NCBI GenBank assembly: GCA_026936335.1
Contig: JAPMXV010000030.1
Coordinates: forward strand, 1-64,000
Reading direction: 5' to 3'
Origin: Mantamonas sphyraenae STR306
Taxonomy: Eukaryota; Protista; CRuMs
DNA length: 64,000 nt
Part shown: one piece after another, positions 22,292 to 34,000 of the stretch
How positions within the stretch are numbered: position 1 is the stretch's first letter
How the letters are laid out: every line of letters begins with the position of its first letter
The notes under the pieces: model-generated
What the model saw: the letters and a program-made list of their open reading frames with translations, nothing else
Told to the model about the DNA's origin: nothing
Databases searched by the model: none
Program-made: the position numbers and the translations under genes

Positions 22292-24016
22292 ATGCAAACC
22301 CCTCTCCACACTGCCACCCTCGAAAACGACACAGAAACCATTCAACTCCTCCTCGACCAAGGCGCAGACATCGACGCCTGCGACGACAATGGCTTGACCC
22401 CACTCTTCCTCGCCACGCTCTGGGACAATGCAGCCGCCGTCTCTGTCCTCACCCAAGCCGGCGCAGATGTGTTTTACTGCCCCTCTGGCAACGGCGCGGA
22501 TGCTCTCGTCTGGGCGGCCGGCAACCAAAGCCCAGGCGCCGCAAAGGCACTCCTCGACCTCGTCCCCGACATCCTCGACGTCGAATCCGCCTTTCTTCAA
22601 GCCGCCGCTTACGCATCCTACGACGTCCTCCGCCTTCTTCTCTCCCACCCCAGCGTCCACATCGACGTCAACGCCTCGCGTGACGACGGCTCCACCGCAC
22701 TCATGTATGCTGCCTCGCACAACCTCGACGCCGTCAACCTTCTCCTCGCCGCCGGCACAGATCCGAACGCCACCTCGGAAACCGGCGTGACCCCGCTTAT
22801 GTACGCCGTCACTGCAGGCAACCACCCAATTGTCGCCGCCCTAGCCTCTGTCTCCGACGTCAATCACCAGGCCAGCGACGGTGCCTCCGCCCTCCTCTAC
22901 GCCGCCCAGAACGCAAACACAGACCTCATCACTTTGCTCCTCGACGCAGGCGCCTCAATAGACGTCTGCGAACAAAACGGCTGGACTCCTATTGTCTACC
23001 CCGCCAGGACGGGCGACATCGACACCGTTTCCTTCCTCCTCGACCACAACGCCTCTGTCGATGGCCACACGCCCGGCACGTGGTCCGCCATCATGCTAGC
23101 TGCCTACAACGGCCACACACACATCGTTCAGCGCCTCATCGACGCCGGCGCAGACATCGCCTACCAGAACAGCGATGGCACGTCCGCCCTCCTCGCTGCC
23201 GTCGAACAGGGCCACTTGGACGCGGCCTCCGTCCTCATCGACGCAAACGCTCCTTTGCACGTCCTCAACTCCTCACAAAGCTCTGTCGTCCTTCACGCCG
23301 CCTTGTCCGGCAATGTGCGCCTGCTCGAGCTCGTCCTCGACAAAGGCGCCGCCATCGACCACACAGACATTTACGGATCCTCCGCCATGTCCTGTGCCGC
23401 ACGGAACGGCTATCTCGACTGCGTGCGCCTTCTCCTCGACCGCGGCCTCTCCCCAGACGCGCATCGCCCAGGCTCCTGGTCTGCCTTGCTCCTCGCAGCT
23501 CGCGAAGGCCACCCCCATGTTCTCGACGCCCTCCTCAAAGCGGGCGCAGACTTTTCCACTCCCACCAACGACGACCAACACCTGTTTCCACTCTTCATCG
23601 CCGCCCTGACATGCCACACATCCTGTGTCCGCCTCCTCATCGACGCTGGGGCAGACCCCAACCAAACTGCGGGCAACAGCAACTTCCCCCTCCTCGTTGC
23701 CGCCGGCAACGATGCCTCTGGCGACACCGTCCGCCTCCTCCTCGACGCCGGTGCTCATCCAAACACCGTCAATTCCCAGGGCTGGTGTCCCATCACCAAT
23801 GCCGCCCTGTTCGACCGCACCGCCGCCGTCACCCACCTCGCAGCTGCCGGCGCAGACCTCCATCGCACCCGCACCTCCACCAACGAGTCGCCTTTCTACA
23901 TCGCTTGCACAAGAGGCTACATCGACACCGCCCTCGCCCTCCTCGACGCCGGTGCTGACCCAAACACCGTCCCGGTACCCGAAATCCCCACCGACCTCCT
24001 CGCCCTCCTCCTCTAG
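22292..24016 (+). CDS. Ankyrin-repeat protein (~16-17 repeats)
   Basis: Repeated TPLxxA...LLxxGAD motifs from ATG 22292. Confidence 0.92.
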   Translation: MQTPLHTATLENDTETIQLLLDQGADIDACDDNGLTPLFLATLWDNAAAVSVLTQAGADVFYCPSGNGADALVWAAGNQSPGAAKALLDLVPDILDVESAFLQAAAYASYDVLRLLLSHPSVHIDVNASRDDGSTALMYAASHNLDAVNLLLAAGTDPNATSETGVTPLMYAVTAGNHPIVAALASVSDVNHQASDGASALLYAAQNANTDLITLLLDAGASIDVCEQNGWTPIVYPARTGDIDTVSFLLDHNASVDGHTPGTWSAIMLAAYNGHTHIVQRLIDAGADIAYQNSDGTSALLAAVEQGHLDAASVLIDANAPLHVLNSSQSSVVLHAALSGNVRLLELVLDKGAAIDHTDIYGSSAMSCAARNGYLDCVRLLLDRGLSPDAHRPGSWSALLLAAREGHPHVLDALLKAGADFSTPTNDDQHLFPLFIAALTCHTSCVRLLIDAGADPNQTAGNSNFPLLVAAGNDASGDTVRLLLDAGAHPNTVNSQGWCPITNAALFDRTAAVTHLAAAGADLHRTRTSTNESPFYIACTRGYIDTALALLDAGADPNTVPVPEIPTDLLALLL

Positions 24017-24033
24017 CCGGCCCAACAAATCCC

Positions 24034-24852
24034 ATGACATCCTCCTCCTCCTCCTCCTCCCACACGTTCCTCACCCCACACGACGTCTTCAACCGCCACT
24101 CCTACGACCCTCCCTTTGTGGACGTCCGCCCCGACGACGACTTTCACCTCGCCCACCTCGCCCGCGCAGAACACGTGCCCCCGGGCTCCTCCTCCGTCGA
24201 AATCGACTACCACGAGGACCCCTACCTCGCCATTATCATCCTAGGCTCCTCCTCTGTCGACAAACACGCCGCCTGGGTCGCCGAACAGCTGCAGAACGGC
24301 GCCTCCTCCTCCGTCGCCTTTGCCCTCCACGACGAACTCCTCGCCGCCTACCCGTTCCTCTTTGACACCAAAGACCAGCGCGCAAACCCGTACACCGTCT
24401 TTCCCAACGTCGTCCAGGACAACATTTTCATTGGCAGCGCAATCACCGCCAGCAATCTTGACACCCTCAACGCCTGCGGCATCAAGCACGTCCTCAACAC
24501 AGCCACCGAGCAGCCAAACTTTTTCCAGGACGACACAGATGCAAACATGGAATACCTAAAAATCGATATCTACGACGACGAACTCGAGCCGGTCGCCCAG
24601 TATTTTGCCGACGCCGCCGATTTCATCGCCCAAGCCGTCGAAGCCAACGAGGGCGTCCTCGTGCACTGTGCTGCAGGCCGCTCTCGCTCTGCCACCATGC
24701 TCTGCGCCTACCTCATGCGTGCACACTCCCTCTCTCGCGACGACGCTCTCAAAAGGATCCGCGCCGCCCGACCCGGCATAGCCCCCAACGACGGCTTCCT
24801 CACACAGCTCAACCAGTGGCAACAGGACCTCGGCATTCCCGACACAGACTAA
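24034..24852 (+). CDS. Dual-specificity protein phosphatase with a degenerate N-terminal rhodanese-like domain (MKP-like)
   Basis: Catalytic VHCAAGRSRS, AYLM, RPGIAPNDGF; N-terminal VDVRPDDDFHLAHL. Confidence 0.92.
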   Translation: MTSSSSSSSHTFLTPHDVFNRHSYDPPFVDVRPDDDFHLAHLARAEHVPPGSSSVEIDYHEDPYLAIIILGSSSVDKHAAWVAEQLQNGASSSVAFALHDELLAAYPFLFDTKDQRANPYTVFPNVVQDNIFIGSAITASNLDTLNACGIKHVLNTATEQPNFFQDDTDANMEYLKIDIYDDELEPVAQYFADAADFIAQAVEANEGVLVHCAAGRSRSATMLCAYLMRAHSLSRDDALKRIRAARPGIAPNDGFLTQLNQWQQDLGIPDTD

Positions 24853-25025
24853 ACAACACCCTCCCCCACCCTTCCCCAACTCCCCCATCCAAAACCAAAA
24901 ACACCCCACCCAGTGTCCGACACACAGCGACACTCACATCCCGTTTCCACGAGCTTTTCCCTGTGAATCACAACCCGACACACACACAACCCAAGCTCTT
25001 GTTCATCAACACCCAACCGCACACC

Positions 25026-28000
25026 ATGGCACGGCAGTTGCGAGGAATCTTCCTTCCGCTCCTGCTTTTCGTGTGCCTGCTTGCACTCCTGCCTCTTACC
25101 CAGGGTACGTTGCCACGCCCATGAACCCACCCGCAACACTCTCTCCGGTCTCCTCTTCCACTCTCCCTCCACGGCCCCTTGTGCCCTGGCCCCCGTTCCC
25201 ACCCCACCCACCCCCCCTTTCTCTTCTCCCCAGAGACCCGCCGTCCCCAATTGTCTACAAGCCCGCTCACAAGCCCACCCCCGCTCTTCCCGCAACCCTG
25301 CAGCCGCCTGTCCGGCACAGCCCGTGCCCGATTTTACACACACGCTCACCTCTCTCGGGGACGATCGTGCACACACTGTCGCGGCTGCGCCCGACGGCTC
25401 GTTTGCAATTGCGGCCCAGATCACCGGCAGCCCCTTTGCTGCCTTCAACTCATCTGGAGGCCGTGACATTGCCGTCCTCTACTTCAACGCCACCGGTGCC
25501 CTCCTCTGGTCCTACCAGACTGGCTCCGCTGGCGACGATGCCCCTGCGGGCGTCGCCGTTGACGCTGCGAAAAACGTCTACGTCGCCGCTTCCGCCGCAG
25601 GTTCCATCAACGCCCAGTCCGCCGCAGGCCAGCGCGACATTGTCGTCATCAAGCTCGACTCTGCAGGCAGTCCCGTCTGGACCTTCCAGACAGGCACCGC
25701 CTCAGACGACGATGCCCTCGCCATCGCCCTCACTCCCGACGCGCAGACCCTCTACGTCTCCGCTTCCACCCAGGGCGCTCTTGCTGCCGCAAACGCAGGC
25801 GCCACAGACGCTGTTGCCCTTCGCATCAACGCAACCTCGGGACAACAGATCTGGGCCGCCCAGTTTGGCAGCGTTGCAGACGATTCTTATGCCGCCATTG
25901 CCGTCGATTCCGCAAACAACCTCTACCTCGGCGGTCACAGCCACGCAGCCCTCCTCTCTCTCCCCTACGCAGGCGGAGACGCAGACGGCTACGTCATCAA
26001 GCTCAACTCCACCGGAGCACTCCTCGCAAAGGCCCATGTTGCTGCCAGCGCCACTGCTGACCGCCTTTTTGCCCTTGCCCTCTCCCTCGATGCGTCCACC
26101 CTGTACGCCGCCGGCTCCTCAAACACCTCGGGCTACATCACACCCCTCTCCACCTCCTCCCTGACCCCGGCCCAGTCCCTGCCCGTCCAGTCCACCCCGT
26201 CTGCAACCACGGCATGCACACACCTTGCCATTCTCTCCGGCGGTGCCATCGTCGTCGCCGGCAGCACCACAGGCAACCTCGCCGCACCCAACGCCGGCGC
26301 CACAGACCTCTTTGCCCTCGTCCTGTCCCCGGAGCTCACCACAACCCTTGCCGCCTACCAGTACGGCAGCAACTCCACAGACACCCCCAAGGGCCTCGCT
26401 GTCAGTGCCTGCAGCCCCTCAGACACCTTTGTTCTTCTCGCAGACACAACCGCAGACTTTCCCCCCAACACGCTCGGCGACAACGGCACCGACATCGTCT
26501 ACCTGCAGCAGACCCTTGCCACACACGCCACTCCCGTCGTCCGCAACCTTCCCGCTGCATTCCGACCCACTCTCGCCATGGCCTTCCCCGCCTCCGTCGA
26601 CGTCGCTACCTCGGTCTACACCCAGGCCCTCACCCTCCACCTCAACTGCTCCGCCTGCTCCATCTACCTCCCCACCCAGGCCTACGGCGCTCCCGCTGGC
26701 AACGCCTCTGCAAACTTTGCCTTTGTCGCAAACCCGGCCACCCTCACCGCCGTCCTCCGCGCCCTCCGCATCGACGCCTCCCCCACTCAGGATCCCGCAG
26801 ACAACCTCCTCGTCACCGTCCTCGATGCACCCCACCAATCCACCTACACCGTGCGCCTCCTCAACCCGCACTTTACCGCCACCCTGGCCACCACTCTCGT
26901 CGCTCCCGCAGACGTCGCCTACGACGCCTTTGCAAACACTCTCGTCTGCGGCTACCAGGACGACGCCTTTTACCTCGCCAGCATCAACGCCACCGGCCAC
27001 GCAAACTGGCTTATCCACACCACCGCAGCCGCAGGCGTTCAGGCCTGTCTCGGCCTTGCCGTCGACGCCGATAGCAACATCTACGCCGTCGGCTCCACCA
27101 CAGCCGCCGTCCCGCAGCTCGGCATCACCACCCTCTCCGGTGCCCTCGACGCCATCGTCGTCAAGATCTCCTACCAGGGACAGCTCCTCTGGGGTCATGC
27201 CGACCTCTCCACCGCCAATGACGACGCCCTCACAGACGTCCTCGTCGGCCCGTCTGGCGCCGTCGTCGTCGCAGGCTACTCCACTGCCTCCAACAACGCA
27301 CGCATCGCCAGTCTCAACCCGGCCACGGGCTCTGCCCAGTGGGACACCACCTGGAGCACCACTTCTGTCGTCCAGGGCCTTGCCCTTTGCCTCGACCCGG
27401 CCACCTCGGACATCTATCTCGCTGCAGGCCCCGACACAGCACACCTCGCCAAATTCTCCTCCACCGGCTCCCTCATCACCGCCACCTCCATTGCTGGTGC
27501 AGGTCAGCAGCGCTTTGTCGCCTGCGTCGCCACCGCACAGCACGTCTACGTCGCCGCCGCCTCCACCTCCCCGGCTTTCAACGGCTATCCAAACCCCACC
27601 CAGGCCGGCCAGTCCTGGCTCCTCAAGTACACCCGCGATCTCGCGCCCCTGTGGACCGTGCCCCTCGACGCCCAAGGCTCCGCAGACGCAGACACACCCT
27701 ACGACCTCGCCCTTCTCCCGGGCGACCGGCTCCTACTCGCAGGCCAGCATGCATCCTCCGCCTACCTCGCTCTCTTTGAGCCCTCTCTCGGCGCACAGCT
27801 CGCCTACTGGCATCTGCCCAGCCCCAACCGCACCGCCGCCCTCGTCGCCTCCCGCGACGGCAGTCTCGCCTACGTCGCTGCAGACTCCACCGGCACTCGC
27901 CTTTCCACACAGCCCGCCTACAACAGCCCGCCCTACATTCAGGCTCTTCCTTCTGTCGTCGTCGGCTCCCGCTCCGCCCTCGCCCCTCTCGCTGGGCCTA

Positions 28001-31000
28001 GCCCCATCCGTGCACGCGATCCCGATGCCTCCGACGCCACCCTTTTCCAACTCGGCGTCTCCTGCGCATCTCAGGCCTGTGTCCTCGCCCTCACCAGCCA
28101 GGTAACCTCGCTCACGGGCAACAACACACACACCCTCGCCCTCACCGCAACCCTTGCCCAGCTCGATGCCCTCTGGCCCGCTCTCTACGCCTCGTTTGCT
28201 GCAGACGCCGCCGTCGACACCCTTTCCTTTGTCCTTTCCGACCAAGGTCACACCGGCGCCGCCCTCCCGGATCCCACCTCCCAAACCTTCCGCGCAAACA
28301 TCTCCGTCGCCGTCCGCTGCGCCCCAGGTCCTGCCTACGAGTCCACCCTCGTCGCTTCGGGCTCCCAGACCTTTGTCGCCTCCGCCGTCGATGCCTTTGG
28401 CAGCCAGATCCTCGCCCTCACCACAGACGCTGCCCTCCCCGCTGCCTCAGCCTACGGCGCCACAGACATCGCCGCCGCAAAGTACGCTCGCGATGGTTCT
28501 CTCCAGTGGACCTACCAGACAGGCACAGCCGCAAACGAGCAGGCTCATGCCGTCGCCGTCGACCCGGACGACGCCTCCGTCTACCTCCTTGCCTCCGCCG
28601 CCCCTGGCTTCCACAACCAGTCTGCCATCGGAGGCGCCACAGACGCCTTTGTCATCAAGCTTTCTCCCGATGGCAAGCGCCTCTGGTCCCGTGGCCTCGG
28701 CTCCCCAAACACAGACACCCCGTCCGCTGCCGCCGTCCTTCCCGATGCCTCGCTTGCAGCCGTCGCCCACAGCGACAACGCTGTCCTCGCTGCACGCCTC
28801 CATCCCAACGGCACCACCCTCTGGACCACGAGCATCGCCTCGGCAGGAACCGATCTCTCGCACGGCCTCTGCGCCGACGCAAACGGCGACATCTACCTTC
28901 TCGCCAGCTCAGACGCCTCCTTCGACTCAAACACCGCCCTCGGCGCACGCGACATCGTCCTTCTCAAGTACTCTCTCGCAGGCGTCAAGCTCTGGTCCGC
29001 TCAGCTCGGAGGCTCCGCTGCAGACACCCCTTCCGCTTGCCTCATCCGCGACGGCTCTCTCTACGTGGCTGCCACATACAACTCCACCGCGCGTCTCTAC
29101 CGTGTCAACGCAACCACCGGCGCCCTCCAGTGGTCTGCCCCCACCGGCGTCACCACCCCGCATGCCGCCGCTGCTCTCGCACCCATGCCCTCGGGCGCCC
29201 TCCTCCTCGCTGCACACTCGGTCGTCGCCCTGTTTGACCCCACCACAGGCGCCCTTCTCGGCATCCAGTACCCGGCTGCCGACATTGCCAGCCTCCACTA
29301 CGCTTGCAACGGCCAAACCCTCACCGCTGGCCAACAGGGCGCAAACGTCTACGCGGCCACCCTCGCCCTCACCCCGCATATCGCAGGCCTGCCCCACCCG
29401 TCCTACGTCCACTGGCTCGTCGCCACACGACAGAGCGCCCCTCTGGCCCAGGCCACTGTCACCGTCCAAGACTTTGACGCAGACCCCGCCCATGTCTACA
29501 CCCTCACCCTCGCTGCCACACATGCTGCCATCACCCTCCCGTCCCACCAGGCACACATCTCCCTCCAGGGCAACGGCTCCTCCCTCCTCGTCCTCCGCTC
29601 CACCCTCCAGGGCATCGCACCTGCTCTCTCCCTCCTCACCGTCGCTCTTCCGCAACCGGACCTTCGCGACAACCTCACCCTCTCCATCGCAGACTTTCTT
29701 GGACACAACGCCTCCTACTCCATGGCCTTCCGCTCCCAGCCTGTCGCATGGACCCAACAGTTTGGCACCCCGGCTGACGACGCAATTCGCGCTGCCGTTG
29801 CAAACGACGCCCGCGACGCAACCTACATTGCCGGCACAACCAGCGCTGGTCTCTTTGCCCCTGCCTCTCTCGGTGCACGTGACACCTACCTCGCTCGCCT
29901 CGACGCACAGGGCCAGCCCGTCTGGTCCCACCAGTACGGCACCGCAGGCGACGACGTAGACGTCTCCCTCGCCCTCAACCAGCTCAACCACACCCTCTAC
30001 GTCGCAGGCACCACCGCTGCCTCCCTTCACGCGCAGCCTTTCCTTGGCGGCCTCTCCGACGTCTATCTCTCTCGCTATGCCACCCTCGACGGCGCACGCG
30101 CTTGGACCACCCAGTTTGGTTCCAACGCAGCCGACCGTCTCGCCCACATCTCCCTCCTTCCCGACGGTTCCCTCATCGCCTGCGGCTCCACCGCAGGCTC
30201 ACTTGCCTCTGCCGCAAACGCAAATGCAAACCCGGGCTCCGACGACGCCTGGGTCGCACATCTCTACGCAAACGGCTCCCTCGCATGGGCTTTCCACTAC
30301 GGCGGCTCCGCAAACGACTCCATGGCTGCCTGTCACTACGACTCCGCACGCCAGTCTCTCGTCTGCCTCGCCGCATCCCAGTCCACCGACCTGCCCTACG
30401 CAAACTCCACCCTTTCCACAAACGGCACCACCCACGCCCTCCTCCTCAGCTGGCCCCTCCTCTCCAACCAGACCCACATGCCCCCGACCAACCTCGTGCC
30501 CTCTGTCCAGATCCTCCTTGCCCCCGCCCAGCCCGTGGCTCTCCTCCTCCGCCAGGACGCCATCCTCGCCCTTGCAAACACCGCCACCCATCCCGCCCTC
30601 CTCGCCTTCCACCCGGTCACCCATGCCTCTCTCTGGCACACCAACTGGGGTTCTGCTGCCACCCAAGCCACTGCCCTCGACTACGACGCCCCACAAGGCC
30701 TCATCCTCGTCGCTGGCACAACCACAGCCCCCATCGACCCCCAACACCCGCTCATCGGCAGCGCAGACGTCTTTATTGCCGCCTTTAACCCGCTCACCGG
30801 TGATCGCACCGCAACCATCCCCTTTGGTACCTCGGCCGCTGACGCAAGTGCCTCCTCTGTCCTCGGGCACCTCCTGCCAATCACCGTCTCCGCCTCCCTC
30901 GACGACCGCATCTACCAGGGTGCAACAGACGCCGCCCTCAAGGTCATCCGTCCCTTCAACGTCCTCCCTACCCTCGATGGCCTGCCCCCTGCCCTCCATG

Positions 31001-34000
31001 TCGACTACCGCAACGACTATCCCCTCGGTCAACAGTACCCGCTCACCGTCAACGGCGCAGAGACCCCGGCCTCCACCATGGTCCTCCTCGCAAACTGCTC
31101 GTCCTGCCGCCTCTGGTTTGCCGCATCCTCCCTCGCTGCAAACATCACAGGCAACGGAACCGCCTCCGTCTCCATCCGCGGTTCCACCCAGCACACGCAG
31201 GACGCCTGGGCTACCCTCCGCCTCGACTCGCCCACGGTAACCCTCCAAGATACACTCCAGGTCACCATCGGCCAGCCGTACGCCTCCAACCTGCCCCTCC
31301 TCCAGCAGGTCCCTGCCCTCGGTCCGCACACCGTCTACACCCTGGCCACAGACTTCAACGCCTTCAACTTTGTCCGCCAATGGGGCTCCACAGGCTCCGA
31401 TCGCTGGCTCGCCCTCCGCCGCAACCCGGCAGACACCACCCTTTGGGCCGTCGGTTCCGCAGACGCTCCCGTCGAAGGCCAACCCAACGCAGGCGCAGAC
31501 GACTTTGTCCTCGCCCACCTCAACGTCCAGGGCACCCTTCTCAACCTCCGCACCTATGGAACCGCCCAAGCCGACCGATGGCTCGCCCTTGACATCGACC
31601 ACGCCTCGTCAACCCTCTACGCCTGTGGCTACACCAGCGCCTCCTTCATGTCCTCCACAGCGTACGGTGGCCGCGACGCCATCCTCGTCAGCATCAACAT
31701 GAACACCCTCAATGCAAACTGGGCCGTTTCCATCGGCTCCTCCGGCCACGACGAGTGTACCGCCGTCGCTGTCCATCCCCAGACCAGCCGTGTCTACATC
31801 GCTGGCTTTGCCACCGGCGCCTTGCCCACAAAGACCCATGCAGGTGCACGCGACGCCTTTGTCGCCGCATACTCCACCTCGGGTACCCTCGCATGGGCCC
31901 ACCAGACAGGTGGCACAGGCGACGACGCCTTCCATGGCATCGACGTCGACGCACAGGGCCGCATCTGGGCAGCTGGTTACGCAAACTCCTCCTTTGACGG
32001 CCAGACAAACTCCGGTCTCGCAGACTACCTCGTCGCCGCCTTTTCCTCCGATGGCACGCGCACCCTCCTTGCCATCCACGGCGACGCTGCAGACCAGGCC
32101 CTCTTTAACCTCCGCGTCGACGACAACGACCGCGTCCTCGTCGTCGGCCGCAACGCAGGCAACGCCCTCGCCGCACGCCTCGACACAACCACGGGGGCCT
32201 TCCGCTGGCACACTTCCATTGCCAGCCCCTCCCAAGATGTGGCTCTCGCCCTTGACGCAGCCGCAGACGCTCTTTGGATCACCGGCTACACAGAGGGCTC
32301 CCTCTGCCCCGGCTGTAGGTTCACCGGCGTCCAGGACCTCTTCCTCGCCAAGCTCGGCGCAGAGACCGGTGTCCACTACGCCACCATGCAGTTTGGCACG
32401 CACGACACTCTCCAGACCGCCCGCGGCACAGGCGTCGCCATCGCAGGCGCCTCGACCATCTTTGCTGCCGGCTCTACCACGGGTCTCGTTGCAGGTGCGC
32501 CCCCGGGCACGCAGCCCAAGGGTGCCTCTGATTTCCTCTTTCTCAGTGTGCGTACCTTTAACGACGCCCCGCGCATCCACTACTTGCCCACCGCCCTCCA
32601 GGCGCAGAGCAACAGGCCTCTTTCCCTCGGATCCGCTTCGCGCGTCGCCGATGTCGATGGCTACGGCACCGCTCTCTTTGCCCTCAACATCACCTGCTCC
32701 TCCTGTGTCATCCGCCTGCCGCAGCATGTCCACGTCGACTTTCTTGCCGGTGCACGCGACAACACGGCCGCTGTTTCCGTCCGTGGCACACAGGCTCAGC
32801 TCTCCACTGCCCTCGCCGCCTTTGACTTTTTCTTCAGTCAACAGTTTGCCACGGGCTCCATCGACCTCTCACTCGAGGACTACGGTGCCAACGGAGACAA
32901 GGCCCTCCCCACACACCCGGTGTCCACCTACCACGTCGCCGTAAACATCTCCTGCGCAGGTGCCACCGCCTGGAATGCTTCTCTCGCCACTGTCGCCGCC
33001 ACTGCAGAGGTGCCCCTCGACGTCGTCGCTGACTCGCTTGACAACGTCTACGTCGCTGGCTACACCTCCGGTGCCCTTGTCGGCCACACCTCCGCCGGCT
33101 CGGATGACCTCACCCTCGTTTCCTACACACGTGACGGCACCCTCCGCTGGTCCTACCAGACCGGCAGCACCGGCGCAGACCGTGCCAACGGCGTTGCCTT
33201 CCACCCTGCCACAAATGCCCTCTACCTTGCAGGCTACGCTTCCGCTGCCCTCCACGCCCAGGCCCACGCCGGTGGTCTCGATGCCCTTCTCCTGCGCCTT
33301 GATGTCTCTACAAACGCCACCCGTGTTTGGACACACCTCAACGGCACCGCCTCTGCCGATGTCTACAACGACGTCGCCGTCGCAAGCGATGGCCACCCCG
33401 TCGTCGTCGGCCAGCTCGCAGGTCAAGCGGTCGTGGCAAAGGTCCATGCAACCTCCGCGGCCATTCTCTGGCAGGTCGTCTCCCCCGCATCCACCCAGGC
33501 CTTGGCTGTCGCCACCTCTCCCTACGGCGACATCTACGTTGCTGGAACCACCACCGCCTCCGCCGCTGCCCATGGAGGCGCCTCCGACATCCTTGTCCAG
33601 CGCTTCTCCTCAGCCGGCGAGCTGCTGTGGTCATCCATCGTCGGCACAGTCGCTGCTGATTCCCTCGCCAAGGGCTTCATCTTTGACGACGCCACCTCCT
33701 CCCTCTATCTCGCCGCAAACTCCGATGCCGCCGCACGTTTTGTCCACTACAACACCGCCGCCGGTCTCGCTGCTTCGCCTCTGGCTGCAACTGGCGCTGC
33801 TGCCTACGTCGTCGCCCTTGACGTCAACGGCAACGTGCGCTGGGCCCACTCCCTCGACGTCGCTGGCGACCAAAAGGCACACGCCCTCACCCGCCGTCGT
33901 AGCTCCGTCCTGCTCGCCATCGGTTCCACAACGGCTGCCTTTGCTCCGCATACTCAGGCCGGTACACGTGACATTTTCGTCGCCCAGCTCCACCTCGCCG

